From NCBI GenBank assembly GCA_052327205.1, contig CM126207.1, positions 248,806,001-248,870,000 on the forward strand: 64,000 nucleotides of DNA, read 5' to 3'. Position 1 is the stretch's first letter, and every line of letters starts with the position of its first letter. This DNA is from Somniosus microcephalus (Eukaryota). Of the stretch, positions 1 through 12,905 are shown piece after piece. The position numbers were made by a program, and so were the translations under genes. The notes under the pieces are model-generated. The model was not told where the DNA came from and made no database searches. It saw only the letters and a list, made by a program, of their open reading frames with translations.

Positions 1-1977
1 ACGCGCCTTTACCAAATGTTGGGTTCGTCAGCGCTGAGCAGACCCAACACGCAGCAGCGGGGGAGGCAATTAAAATCATTAGTGGCTTGTTTACAGTCAC
101 TTATCAATGGTTTTTTCCCAGCTTTTTGTATTTGACAGGTCACCCATTGGTTTCCTGCTGTGCCCAGACCTCGTCTGTGAAGCTGAGGCGGGAGGTCAGT
201 AGCCATTGAATCAGCTGATGATTCAAGTCAAAGCTCCCAGCTGATTCAGATATGTTCCCTTAACCACTAGCTTCTCTAAACTGCGTTTCCACTACAGATT
301 CAGGATGCTGCAAGTCTTTACACAAGTTCCCTTCCAGTCTGACCTCATTACCTCTCCCACCATTGACAGATCGCTTCTGTCATCTCGACTTCACCTACCA
401 TCTATTCCATCAACATGGGTGCCCTTGAAACGCTCTCACCTTGGTCCTGGAGTGGGCCTTTGGCGTAGCGGTAGCATCCCCGCTGCTGGGCCAGAAGGCG
501 TAGGGTTTCGAACCCCGCTCCAGACAGTCCCGGCAAGTGGAGTCGGCGCTCCGGCTCTAAATTCTGGGTTGACATCCAGCGGGATACTTGCGTCCGTGGG
601 TGTGGGTGGCCCCCCCCCCATCGTTTGGGTTGTGGGAGCCCGTAAAACCCTCCCGCCATAGGACTAACCACCCTAATGGCTGGTACGAAGATGGTTATGG
701 TCACGGAAGGAGCGTTAATCGCGGCCAGAAATCCTTCCACCACTTCATACAGTTCCCCAAAGGGAACAGTGTGAAGACACGTACGACAACGATGACCTTG
801 GTCCTCAGAATCCCACCACGATCAGCCACAACACCAGCAGCACCAGGCACACGAGGCACACCAGCAGCACCAACAACCACACCAACCTTCTCCGCAATCA
901 ACTGATGCTGCACAGGACACAGGGCATCAGCACCCGTCGACATGGCTGCCTGGGATGCCAGGGATGGCCTCACCATGGCCAGATTTACTTCACTTGACGC
1001 TGCACACCCTGGCTGCCACATGATACGCCAAGTTGTCACCACCCCACACCAACACCATAAAGCATCTCTACAATGCCCAAGTCATTCCTTTCACACTCAT
1101 CACCATTGCGGAGGTTACCGTTATGTCTCACCATTCACTGCAACTCACTAAATCACTTCCAAATGTGCACACAAATCTGTCCAAGAACGCAAAGTGTTGA
1201 AAATAAAGGTTTCAATGTTTGACAGCACATTAACAGAAACTTTACATGAACATTGGCTAAAACACCCAAGTGCCCACGCTTGTGTGTTGTTAGTTGGTAT
1301 AACTGCACTATGAGGGTGAGTGTGAGGGGTGGCTAGTGAGATGGGGATGTGATAATGTAGATAGAGAGGGATGGGTGGAGGTGTAAGGTAAGTTGGTGTG
1401 AGTAAGGTTGTGCAGGAGTAGGGTAGGGAAGGCAGAGTGATGGGGATGTGATGAGAGGCACAGCAGGATGAGGTGAGTGTGGCTTTGTACTAACGTTTCG
1501 TGATCTACTGAAATCATTGAAAGGTTTGCAGCACTGCACCCAGGTCCTCCTGACCACATCCCTGCTTGTGCCCTCCTCTGCAATGTGCAACCATCGGAAG
1601 GGAAGAAAACCTCCCTGCGTGCTGCGAGTCCCTCCATAAGCATATGGAGGGAGTCATGGGAGAGCCTGGGTGCAGCCGTGCACCTCTGTGCAGTGCTTGT
1701 CAGTGTTTGCAGCACCTCAATGCTGTAAAATACTGACAGCAGAAATGTCAAAATAAAGTTGCCCATGATCCCTTTAAGGAAACCGGCTGCTGACGCGTCA
1801 TCAAATGACGTCACCAGACCCACTTCCTCTAATTGGCCGGGAAGCACGCTGGGCAGGCTTAACAAGCCCAATCAGGGGAAATTCATCTCAGAGGCCAGGA
1901 TGGAGCCAGCAACGAGGTCGGGATCCGCCACCGACATTGCCCGCCACAGACCCACCGAAGTTCGGAAAATCGCGGCC
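1..1977. mobile_element. Internally deleted PIF/Harbinger-type DNA transposon (left end outside the window) with a Myb/SANT-like remnant
   Basis: Right terminus ...GAAAATCGCGGCC (GGCCGCGATTTTC on the minus strand) resembles the other GG-initiated TIRs here. It has a CpG-rich subterminus, a Myb-like remnant on the minus strand and a possible transposase C-terminus (AAWDARDGLTMARF) on the plus strand near 942-990. Confidence 0.65.
1495..1700 (-). pseudogene. Degenerate Myb/SANT-like (NAIF1/MSANTD-type trihelix) exon of a Harbinger accessory protein
   Basis: Frame-shifted peptides AAPRLSHDSLHMLMEGLAARREVFFPSDG and HIAEEGTSRDVVRRTWVQCCKPFNDFSRS fit the PRFS..L..L...V..R..VLF / IA..V......RTW.QCRKRWNDL pattern. 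They are followed by a donor-like GTTAGT. Confidence 0.7.
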
Positions 1978-2267
1978 TTCATTTCTCTTTCTGTTCTTGA
2001 TTTGACATTTAATTCACCCTCTCTAATTTACACGTCCTTCTCAGTCCTTGCGCTGTTAATTTCACAATCCTTCAATCTGATTGGTTAAGGAGACACACAG
2101 TTGCTTGCCCTGTTCACGCAAAACCCAGATGCCTAGTTTCCCTCGCTGCGCAGCTCGCACTTTCAGCAACTTGCCATGCAAATTTTTTTTTAAAACTTAC
2201 ACATGCAAGGATATTTCTAACTAACGGCAGACGCCATTAGCTGCCCTGCTACACCAAATTAAGGCCC
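1978..2267. mobile_element. Right part of a second Harbinger-type MITE, apparently the host of the 1-1977 element
   Basis: Ends ...CCAAATTAAGGCCC followed by ATT, the same terminus plus AWT pattern as the complete MITEs in this window. Confidence 0.5.
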
Positions 2268-2364
2268 ATTGTGTTATCAGGCTGCCTGCAGTCATTACTC
2301 AAGAATATATATAGAAATCTACCTACTTATAAACACAAGCTACTAGCTATCTTAAACTCTCTTG

Positions 2365-2700
2365 TCCTATGTGCTGAATTAGCTGATCTAGAGGCTAGAG
2401 CAACAATGGGCCATTAACATGGCCTTTAGTGTCCCTTGGTTAATGAAGGGAGGCGGGGGGGAAATCAGGCAGAATTCCCAATACTTTTATCTCTCCAGTG
2501 ACTGATGCTGGATCGAGCATATATGTGGATGTCAGGTGAGGACCGATCAGGCTCAGTTGTGGCGCGCCACCCCACAATGTTTGAATACCTTGTCTAGGAT
2601 CACACTTGGAAGAACATTCAAACTACCAGAGAATGGCCAGCTCTCATGGAACTGTGCCCCAGTGTGCCTACTGAGGAGAGATGGGAAGAGAGGAGGAGAA
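2365..2700 (+). mobile_element. Degenerate SINE-like interspersed repeat
   Basis: Shares blocks (tgctgaattagctgatct, gtggatgtc..gtgaggac.gatca, gaatggcca, catgga) with 8800-9030 and 30535-30830, and with minus-strand copies near 4250-4600, 11480-11660 and 22500-22680. Confidence 0.5.
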
Positions 2701-5700
2701 AAAACAGGGATCAAAAGGGGGAGATTCTTTAAAACAAAATTCCCTCCTACCCTATCTGCCTCTCCCACCCATTAAGCATTCTATACAGACGGCATCAGGC
2801 TGGACCTTTAAATTTTGATTTATTAATGCTTACAGGTTTTATACAGTATTTATTGCACCCAAGTTAATATTAAACACAGCAATTTGTGCCTAAGGTGCCA
2901 GTGGAGGCTGAGTTTGTAGCACAGCAAGCTGTGTATATGCCCCAAACTTCCTAACTGCTGCTTCATTACTTGGAACACATTAAACAACTGTGCATTGGGA
3001 GTAGAAAATGAGACTGTTAAACCAACCTGATATAATTCTCATCAACAAAGGAAAAGAGAACAGATCAATTAAGCCTCCACAGTGTAGCAACAAAGCATAT
3101 CTGAGGCTGAGAGATTTAAAGGAATTGACTGCAGAAGACACTCTTGGTCTACAAGTAAGGAGGGCCAGTTTTAAATGCCGTCCAAAAATGTGTGTGCGTA
3201 TGTGGCAGGAAGCGAAGGCAGGGGTGTATGGGGGGAGCAGAAGGATGGCGGAAGAGAAGACTTGGAAAAATACATCTCGTTGATGGCTTAAAGGGCCAAA
3301 ATGTGAAGGACTTTTGACAGTCTTTACTGTGTTAAGCCAAGTGAATATGAGGTCGGAAACAAGGGCAGCTGTTCTAGAAACTATTAACACTAATGATTTT
3401 CCACAATATCCTCAGACTGTACTTTGGCTATATATACTCTTACTGTATTAACTAAATTCAGTCAATATCATACACACCATTGCTACATGAATTGTAACAG
3501 CTCACCTTGAAATTTTCCAATTAATAAAAGTAACCCACTGCCTGGGCAGAGAATGTACTGCTGTACAGACTTTGTGAACAGGCAGTTAATCAAATGACTA
3601 ATAGATCACCTTGAGTAAATGTGTTCAATAAAATGTTACTCACAGTATATAATAATGCACTCCTGAAAGTAAAGTGAGTGTATCAGGAACACATCTGGAA
3701 ATATTTCATCGCAGAAATGCTGATTTCCTGTGTGTGGACCCCTTGAGTAAATACCTTCAATAAAACATTAGCCCTATCTTCATCACAACAATGGCTCCCT
3801 GTAGTAAATGGAGTTCACCGGGAATGTTTCCGGGTTAAAAAAAAATGTTTCTGCTGCAATTTCCTTCTGTGTAATTATACAGCAGTTGCTCATAACACCC
3901 AGAAATATAAACATACTAAATGGGTTTCTTAAACAGCATTACACATGCAAGAATGTGAAACTTCTAAACTGTCTTCTGAGCTGTGTAAGGGCTCCTCTGC
4001 AAATGAACACGGGTACATTACTCTGCACAGCTTGCTTTCTTGAAAGCCCCGATCCCTACACAATTTTGGTAGATAGCGCAGATCTCCTCTGAGAAAAACT
4101 TCATTTTAAACGTTCTGATCCACAACATTTTTTTGTTATTCTTTTCTCCCCAGTTTTCTCCCCTCCCTTCTGAAGACATTTCAGTAGATTTTCAACGTGC
4201 TACCCAGGTGTAAAACCATGGTTACAGCTCAGCTGCCTGTTCTAGAAATCGCCTGATTTTCCTTCCCATCGTCCGATCCACAGTGCCAGCGCCACGCCTG
4301 ATGGCAAGTTGCAAATCTATCTCAATGACTCCTTGTTGGGTTATGGTTCCACCGGGGGGAGCGGGGGGGTGCATCCCAGAGAAGCCCAACCCTCACCATG
4401 ACGTCTGTAACCATGTTCTTCCTGCAGAAGCCACTGGACAGCTATCAGGTGTGGGAAACCTGCTCCAATGTTCCCCTCTCTAACCCGGGTGGCCCTGAGG
4501 CCAATGGCACTGATCCTCCGAGCTGAGATAAGCTAATTCAGCACAAAGCAGGGACCTTCCAGGTTTGTAAGACTCACCTACTCATTGGATAAACTCTCTA
4601 GGTTTTTGGAGAAGTCTGTAATCCCAATTTCTGCTTAACTTCCACAAATTGGAAAAGATCTCATTAGGGATCCCTGTACCTTCTAAAGGAGGTTGCTGAT
4701 GGTGAGACTACTGGACAGATTTCAGATGCAGGAAAGTATCCTTTCCACTATAGAGTAACATTTACACAGGTCATCTTTGTATAATTCAGATAGTTGAAGA
4801 TATACACATTATTTGAAAGTAATCACCTATGGCTACTCTTTTGAATCTGATTCTGGGATTGTGCTGTCAATGATATTCAGTAAACATTTCTTCCTCCTTC
4901 ATATTGCTGTGTTTGACAGTGAATTTAGTTGGTCTATTCATTTATCCAGAGGAACCATAACTTCTAATTCTGAACTGGAAATTGATCAGACCTCTCAATT
5001 TTTGGAAGAAATCCTAATCTGAAGCTTCAACATTTTAATAGGTTGATAGGTACAGACGGTCATTAAAAGGACTTTCAGAAAGCCCAAAAGAGGCACTCAA
5101 GGGGATTTGTGGTCCTGAACATTTCTCTTCAGGGAATTAATTGTCTGAATAAACTCTACATCAGATGAACTCCATTTTAGCAATGGAGAAGGTGTCTGAA
5201 TGATAAAATGCTCACATCAAAGTAACAGATTTGGATTCCAAGAAAGAAGAGGGTTGTCTTACTAAAGATGATCTTAAAAAGAACTCAATTTATCAAGCTA
5301 ATAACAAAAAATCATCTTCAAAATACTTCTTTGGATAGTAGGCTATCAATCACAAAGTGCTGGGTGATAAATCACAGGGCTGAGTGTTTGTGCATTGGTG
5401 ACTGGAGGGGTCCGTGCTTGAACTGCTATATTGTGACCTAGTCCAAAATTCCAGATGTCACTCGGGGTTGGGCAACTTTCAGCATCGTCATAGAGGGCAA
5501 TTAATCTCTCTGAAAGAAAACGTCAGAAATCCAGCTGAGGATTGCAGGACCCTCCACACTCTTCAAACGTGTAAATTAAACCACAAACTTCATTCAACAG
5601 AAAGCACTGGGCCCATTCATCATCATGAAACAATGTTTAAATCCTCCATCTGCCAAGGTGCTGCTTATTTGAATCAGGAACACAACAAATGAACAAAAAC

Positions 5701-6078
5701 GTTGATGTCCACCAAGCTCACAATGGAATGGGGGAGGCGGGGGGAGCTACCTGTTTGACTGATTTCTGAGTTTATTATCCATGGACCATACAGTAGATTA
5801 ATACAGAAGACAGAGAACAAGCAACTGGAAACATTCTTTCAAAACACTTGCGATGTTATAAACAATTCAACCACGCCAAGTCTTTATTTGAGGTAATTGT
5901 GACTATTGCAGCGCTTCATATGAGAATCAAGAATCACGAACAGAACCACCAGTTACCCTCCCACTAGTTCAGATCTTAACTGCTGTGAAGATTAATTGTG
6001 GATGTCTCATATCGATGAGAACTGTTTGGATAGATATAAATCAACTAATATAAGTTATACTGGTTTTGTACTTCCTGA

Positions 6079-7516
6079 AGCTGGAATACTGTGTGCAGTT
6101 CTGGTCGCCACACTATAGGAATGATGTGATTGCATTGGAGAGAGTGCAGAGAAGATTCACCAGGATGTTACCTGGCCTGGAGCGCTTCAGCTATGAAGAG
6201 AGACTGGACAGGCTGGGGTTGTTTTCCTTAGAGCAGAGAAGGCTGAGGGGGGACCTGATTGAGGGGTACAAAATTATGAGGGGCATAGATAGGGTAGATA
6301 GAAAGGAACTTTTCCCCCTCATAGAGGGGTCAATAATCAGGGGGCATAGTTTCAAGGTAAGGGGCAGGAGGTTTAGAGGGGATTTGAGGAAAAACTTTTT
6401 CACCCAGAGGGTGGTTGGAATCTGGAACTCACTGCCTGAAAGGGCGGTAGAGGCAGGAACCCTCACAACATTCAAGAAGCATTTAGATGAGCACTTGAAA
6501 CGCCATAGCATACAAGGCTACGGACCAAGTGCTGGAAAATGGAATTAGAATAGGCAGGGCTTGATGGCCGGCGCGGACACGATGGGCCGAAGGGCCTCTT
6601 TCTGTACTGTATAACTCTATGGGGGAGAAATTCAGTATCGCCCCGTTTGGGGCGCAATTATCGTCCGGGTGCAAAGATTAGCGCCTCCGACTGCAAACTT
6701 GGCTTTTATCGCCCCTGGAGGTGATTGGAGCGCTAAATCAGGTGCTACACACCTGTCTTAAGGCACAAAGGCCGAGGAGCAAGGCGCTACCTCAGAGCGC
6801 TGGCAAAGCTCATGTGATGTCAGTCAGCAATGGAACATAGACACACTGGCGCCGGCCAGTTCTTAAAGGCGGGGGGGGTCGATCTTGCTCTCCATCCACA
6901 CCCTGCTCATTGCAGCCTTGAATCTCGGCCTGGAGAGACCTGTACATCAAATCTGCTGGAAAGAACAAAGGAGAGGCCCAGGGAAAGAACTCAGAGTGCA
7001 GCCCCCATATTCTCTTTTAAATCGATGCAAGGAAGATCAAATCAGAAAGAACCTGCAAAGTGCTGCTCAGTACCCAAAACTCCTCAATACAGCTTTGAGT
7101 ATCTCCTGCAGTCTCTCTCTCACTCAGAATGCGTGGTGCAAAAATTTCGCTGACAAAAAAAGGCAGGAAGCGGTCGCCTTTAAATAGCGCTTCCCCAGTC
7201 CCTTCCCGACTGCAAAACGCTCCCCTCAACCTGTCGTTGCTAGCGACAGGCGGTAAGACAGGGGGCACCACTCGATATCCGGTCCGCGGCGCTACCGGGG
7301 CGTTGCACGCTTGACTGATGTCACGATCTGCCAGCGCAGGAGATCGCGGTGGTAGTATTTAGCGCCGCCGCAAAATGTCTAGTTAATTTCCTGAGCGGTG
7401 CAAACATCGCCGTGCACGGGCGCTAGTTGCTTTGCGCCCCATTAGCGCCCTCTTAAGGCGCTAACGGGAGGCGCAAACCAACCAAATTTTTCCCCCTATG
7501 ACTCTATCTATGACTA
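6079..7516 (+). mobile_element. CR1 LINE 3' fragment (ORF2 C-terminus + 3' UTR); its tail is split by a MITE
   Basis: Encodes LEYCVQFWSPHYRNDVIALERVQRRFTRMLPGL...LGLFSLEQRRLRGDLIE...FFTQRVVGIWNSLP. The tail ...ataactctat resumes as gactctatctatgact at 7500-7515. Confidence 0.92.
6621..7496. mobile_element. Harbinger-type MITE (876 bp) nested in a CR1 tail
   Basis: TIRs GGGGGAGAAATT / AATTTTTCCCCC, an exact 3-bp TSD TAT (6618-6620, 7497-7499), and CpG-rich ends with repeated TAGCGCC/GGCGCTA. Confidence 0.85.
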
Positions 7517-8205
7517 AGCCCAACTCAGCGAGGCTCCCGGCAATTTAGACACATTTCAGTCCTAAAATGAATGGGCATTTGAAGTTCAACCACTTTTAGA
7601 CATTGTGTGATGTCGCTTGGGTTCAAAACAAGTTTGGATTAAAACTGGTGTAAACAGGAAAACACATTCCAGAGGTCAAAAGAAAAAGGTGATTTGTACC
7701 AAGGGACTGGGGACAGTGAAAGCTGAATTCATGTCAATCAGGGGCAAATTTGATGATTGCGATCACTTGCAAGCGAACACTGCAACAGAAATCATGGAAA
7801 TTATTCAAGAAATCTACATTACATCCTCTCCTCTGTCAAACTGAACCCATGTTTTATCAATGGTGTCTTGCCTGAGGAGAAATTCCACCAGAAATTTCAG
7901 AGAGCTGTGGTGACTTTAGAACTTTGGAGATGAAGTGCACTGAGAATGCGCAGCAGTGATTTCCTGACTTTTATTGTAGAAGTCCTGAGAAGTGCTGGGG
8001 CTGCTCGTGGCTTCACTGTCTAGCTCTTCACAACTCTAAACAACTGTGAAATATCAATGGAACAGACTGCAGCACCACTGCTTCTAACATTGCACACATT
8101 GTTTTTCAACTCCCGCTCTAATTAAGAAAATAGTATCAGAGGCGTGCTGTCACTTCACCTGTCGGATATTTGTTGTCTTCCCAGTGAACATCACTGCTGT
8201 TGCTG

Positions 8206-8655
8206 TTTTTTTTTTTATTCGCTTATGGGATCGTGGCATTGCCGGCAAGGCCAGCATTTATTGCCCGTCCCCAGTTGCCCTTGAGAAGGTGGTGGTGAGC
8301 TGCCTTTTGAACCGCTGCAGTCTATGTGGTGAAGGTGCTCCCACAGTGCTGTTCGGGAGGGAGTTCCAGGATTTTGACCAAGCGACGATGAAGGATCGGC
8401 GTTATATTTCTAAGTCAGGATGGTGTGTGACTTGGAGGAGAACTTGGAAGTGGTGGTGTTCCCATGCGCCTGCTGCCCTTGTCCTTCTAGGTGGAAGAGG
8501 TCGCGGGTTTGGGAGGTGCTGCCGAAGAAGCCTTGGCGAGTTGCTGCAGTGCATCTTGTAGATGGTACACACTGCAGCCACGGTGCGCCGGTGGTGGAGG
8601 GAGTGAATGTTTAATGTGGTGGATGGGGTGCCAATCAAGCGGGCTGCTTTGTCCT
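8206..8655 (-). mobile_element. LINE 3' end (L2/Crack-like member of the CR1 group) with poly(A) tail
   Basis: Minus-strand peptide KAARLIGTPSTTLNIHSLHHRRTVAAVCTIYKMHCSNSPRLLRQHLP resembles the region after the RT domain. It ends in GAATAAAAAAAAAAA (T-run at 8205-8216). Confidence 0.75.
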
Positions 8656-9132
8656 TGTTGTTGAGAAGTTCTGACACTGCAATGGTGTCGAGGCCGTAAA
8701 GGTGTGTCAGTACAAGAAACACAGAGTAAACTGGTCTCAGTGTTTTAACGCTTATTAAACTAAAGTAAATTGTTTAGGCTTCCCTGATGGTTTAGCAGAT
8801 TTAGGCACTTGAGTATTTGAATCGTACAGGTTTGGAAGTCCCAGGGTTGATGCCTGCTCTGTCATGAGTGAGCTGATCGCTGCTGGAGTTACAATAGTAT
8901 GGACATTGCACGAAGACAGGTTTGGACTCAATTTCCCCAATGTTAGGAAAGCTGTTGACTCTCACTGCCAAGGCTCAATAATGGTTACTTGGGCGAGGTA
9001 CCATAGATACCAGGTGTCCATGGAGAACGCTATACAATAAAAATAGCAATACAATCATTATGCGAGATCCTTTGCTAAAACACCCTCCTTAACTATCTTA
9101 TATGTTGTTGCAACCTCAAAGACAGTGTTATA

Positions 9133-9600
9133 GGGCTCGATATCAACCCTCTCACGATGGGCTGGAGAGGATCGGTTAAACATTTTAAAACGGGGAACAC
9201 GTCCCCAAACTGCCACCGGGTTTTGTATTGTGCGAGTGTCCCATCTTAACATGATTTAAATCAGGCCCCCACAATGCAATTGGGAGCCTGATTTAAATTT
9301 AACAGTTGCCACGTGGGTTTCCCAGGGCGTGGGAAACCCGGCAACAAAAGGGAGGTGGTAGCTGCCAGCTCAAGTAGGTAAGTGCTTTTTACAGCACTCC
9401 TTGTGGACCAGGAGGAGTAGGAGTGCTCCTCCTCACCCCAGCCCCCAAGGAAGCCTTGGGCCTCCCCTCTGTCGATCGTGGCCTCTCTCTCCACCCTGCC
9501 GCAATGTCCAACTCCGCCCGCAGCCGGCCTGCCTATCAATTTGGCCAGTTGCCAGGTAGGAAACAGAAAAAAAAGAGATCCAGCCGTTAAACTCTTCATC
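9133..9600. mobile_element. Partial Harbinger-type MITE
   Basis: Starts GGGCTCGATATC and has internal inverted repeats ATTTAAATCAGGC...GCCTGATTTAAAT and GGGTTTCCCA..TGGGAAACCC. The right terminus is not recognisable. Confidence 0.45.
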
Positions 9601-11929
9601 TATTCATATTGGGGAAGAAGGAGGAAACTGCAGAGACTCCTGGTAAAGGCTGCCCATTACATCACAGAATTCCATTACCATCCACCCACTGATCAATGGC
9701 TATTTCTAGCTTTGGTAAAATTGGACACAACTGCTAGATTTTCTTCGGTAACTGAGAAACCATCATTTTCATCTCCTATTTACAGCTTTCCAGTTCTGGG
9801 AAACATTACCTCATATACTGAACTGTATAAAAAAAAAACGAAGACTGCATAATCTGATATCTCGGGTCAAACAAGAGAAAACATTTCCCCAACTGTAAAA
9901 TCAGCAACTTTCTTACTGGTGAATGAAAGCAACAATGTGAAGACAAGTTACTGCAACAAGGTTCCTAACCAATAATTCTGGACTATTATTTGCAAAAAAT
10001 ACAATAAAGAGCCATTTTATTTTTTGTGCTGTTATTATTAAGTGAGGAAAGAGCACATATTGCCCAGCATACTCATTCTTAACTAATGCGCTCTGACCTA
10101 ACCTCTGAATGCTATCAGTTTCCGATATAACATCTCTATTAGGTTGTAAAATAAGTAAATATACTCCTAATGACCCAAGTGCTTAATGATGCTATTGAAC
10201 AAATCAATTCTCTCATTCCCTTTGTCAGTCGCAATCTCTCCTGCCCAGATTTAGCCCTTATCTAATTCTAACACCGAGGTAGCACATTTGTAACTTTGTA
10301 AGCCTGGAACTTAATACACAGGCCTATATATGAGGCACAATTTCATAACACATTTAAATAAAAAAAGGTAATGTGATAGCTTTGAAGAACCTTGTCCAAA
10401 AATACTAACTCCTTTTTTTTTAATAAATAGTAATCCAGTTCTGACCGTCTTTCATTGCATTTTATCTGTAGAGTGCTGGTCTCTAAGCATTAATCTGCCA
10501 GTCACTAAACTTAGAGACATTAAAAACAAATTCACAGGGACGTCCTGATCGACCACTGTACCAGCTTTTGATTCGGTTACATAACTGGATTTTTTTGCTT
10601 CTCACTTTTATCCCCATCTCTCCTGAAGACAATGGCTACGATTCTCCTCCATGATCCTGCCTGAAATCTTGTTGGATCGCAGTGGAGAATGAGGGAAAAT
10701 TCGGCTGGCGGGGCCCATCACTGCCTTGACTGGGATTTTCACTCCTCAGCAAGGCCGTTACTGGCCACTCCTTCCCCGCCTGGGTGGGGGGGGGGCGGTG
10801 GGTGGGCGCGGCGGGAGTGTAGGGAAGGCTGTGTCTTCAGCAGATTTCCCTCCTGTTTGCCCTACTTAATGCCGCTTCCCAGCGCCACAGGCTCGGCTTG
10901 ATGGTATCGAGGATGCAATGGTTGTGGCCTTCAGGTCATTCCATGGAGGGAAGAGGGCCTCGTAGTGGCCACCTCTCCCTCCATTCAGGCCCCCTAACAC
11001 TTATCTGCTAAGGGCCCTCGTCTTGGCCGAGGCCTTCAGAGGGACAGCTGGTCTGATCTTTGGGATGCTTCTCCCCCTTTTAGGCCCTTCACTAGTTCTT
11101 CTGATGCTGCAGCCATTTCCCCGCAGCAACACAATTGATATTTTCCGATACACTGGCGGGCTCCCTCTTGGTGACATGAATCCTGCTGGGGGCCCACTGT
11201 GCATCGCTAATGAGCCCTATCCCAGTGAACTGGGATTGAGTTGGAGCAAAAGTCCTGCCCTGCTGGAACTCTGCCCCTAAGACGACAATCCTGGCTATTC
11301 TGGGGTATGGCTTGATGGACACCTGCTGCTCTCCGGTACCTCGGGCAAATTGCCATTCATCATGTGCAAGACTAGAGATTGCATGCTAACATCTTTTTTG
11401 ACTGGGCGGGGTATCACAGTGAAGTCCAAACCTGAAAGTCCACATAAATTAACTCATAATGTAACAATTAGAAGCAGGAACTTTGGCTGATTTCTCTTCC
11501 CCTTCCTATCCCAGAGGCACTGAAGCCAATTGTAGTGTCCCTATTACTGCCTTGGAAGGTACCAATGAACATAGCACAGAACAGGTATTGAATACAGGAC
11601 CTTACTGGCCTGTATGTGTGTGACCAAGTGTGGAACTGAACCAAACACCAAAGTCATTGGTAGAGCTTTTGCAACTTTGCTCGAGGGCACATTGTCCTGT
11701 TTTTATAGATTGGAGGATACAAAATCCAGTTCGTTAACATCTGAATGGGATATTGGCATCTTTGACAAATCTTGTGCCAGTTTACAATTTCCCAGAAAGC
11801 TCATTTTTAAAAATGTATCCTTGGGATGTTGGTGAAAACTGGCCAGGCATTAAATATTTCCCATTTCTCATTTCCCTGAAGACATTAAATCTCAATCACA
11901 TGATGCAAGACAGGAGTCACATGGTAGGG

Positions 11930-12135
11930 GTGGCAATACCCTCCCTAAAAGTACTTTAGTGAACCCGCTGGGTTTTTATGACAATCCGGCAGCTTGCCTT
12001 GTTATTTTTCTGGTGCCAGTCAACAAATTTATTGAACTGTATTTCAAAACGTGCCATTGTGGATTCTAAACTCAAGACATCCAGGTTGCTGTTGCAGTAC
12101 CATAAACACTAGGATACCATTTAGCCATGCCACAA
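11930..12135 (-). mobile_element. Degenerate tRNA-derived SINE
   Basis: ccctaaaa...ttagtgaacccgctgggtttttatgacaatcc matches 41345-41390. Confidence 0.55.
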
Positions 12136-12650
12136 ACCATGCTGCAAGGGTGCCATCAAAGCAGAAAAATGCCTTGGCTGTAGCACATATTGCGCTAATG
12201 CCCTGTAAGAATCATTGGGAGTTACCCTTCCAACAAGTCTTCAAATACACAAGTCAAATGTCTTTTGAGACTTAGCACTTGAGCAAGTGTTTGGAAGGCA
12301 TTCAAGCATATAACTCCAGGATATCACACATATAATACTGACTGCTAATTGATGAAGACTTTAAAATTTTAACTTTGGTGACTTTTTAGTTAACAAATTT
12401 AAAATTGCATTTTTACATCCACAGCACGCTACAAGCAATGAAATACATCTTCATTTGCAGCTGATGGTGCAATTAATTGTTGACTAATATATGTTGCACG
12501 GTGAAAGTACATTTCTTTTTAAATCAATTTTTACAGTTTTGTCCCCTTTTTGTTTTCTTTCACACCCTTTACAAGTGCCCAGCAGAGAGGGTGGGCAGGT
12601 GGGAATCCCATTTCCATACCGTTGCCAATGCTCCTCTGCAACCATCTGCT

Positions 12651-12905
12651 GTGAGACATGTGCAGTAGCCCAGGAGAGACATGTGCAGTAGCCCAGGTGA
12701 GACATGTGCAGTAGCCCAGGTGAGACATGTGCAGCAGCCCAGGTGAGACATGTGCAGCAGCCCAGGTGAGACATGTGCAGCAGCCCAGGTGAGACATGTG
12801 CAGCAGCCCAGGTGAGACATGTGCAGCAGCCCAGGTGAGACATGTGCAGTAGCCCAGGTGAGACATGTGCAGTAGCCCAGGTGAGACATGTGCAGTAGCC
12901 CAGGT
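12651..12905. repeat. Minisatellite, about 11 x 23 bp GTGAGACATGTGCAG(T/C)AGCCCAG
   Basis: Head-to-tail copies are directly visible; they vary almost only at the T/C position. Confidence 0.97.

Noticed and set aside
3609-3770. Imperfect 30-bp direct repeat CCTTGAGTAAAT...TTCAATAAAA
   Set aside because: Only two diverged copies, consistent with an old local duplication; no other structure.
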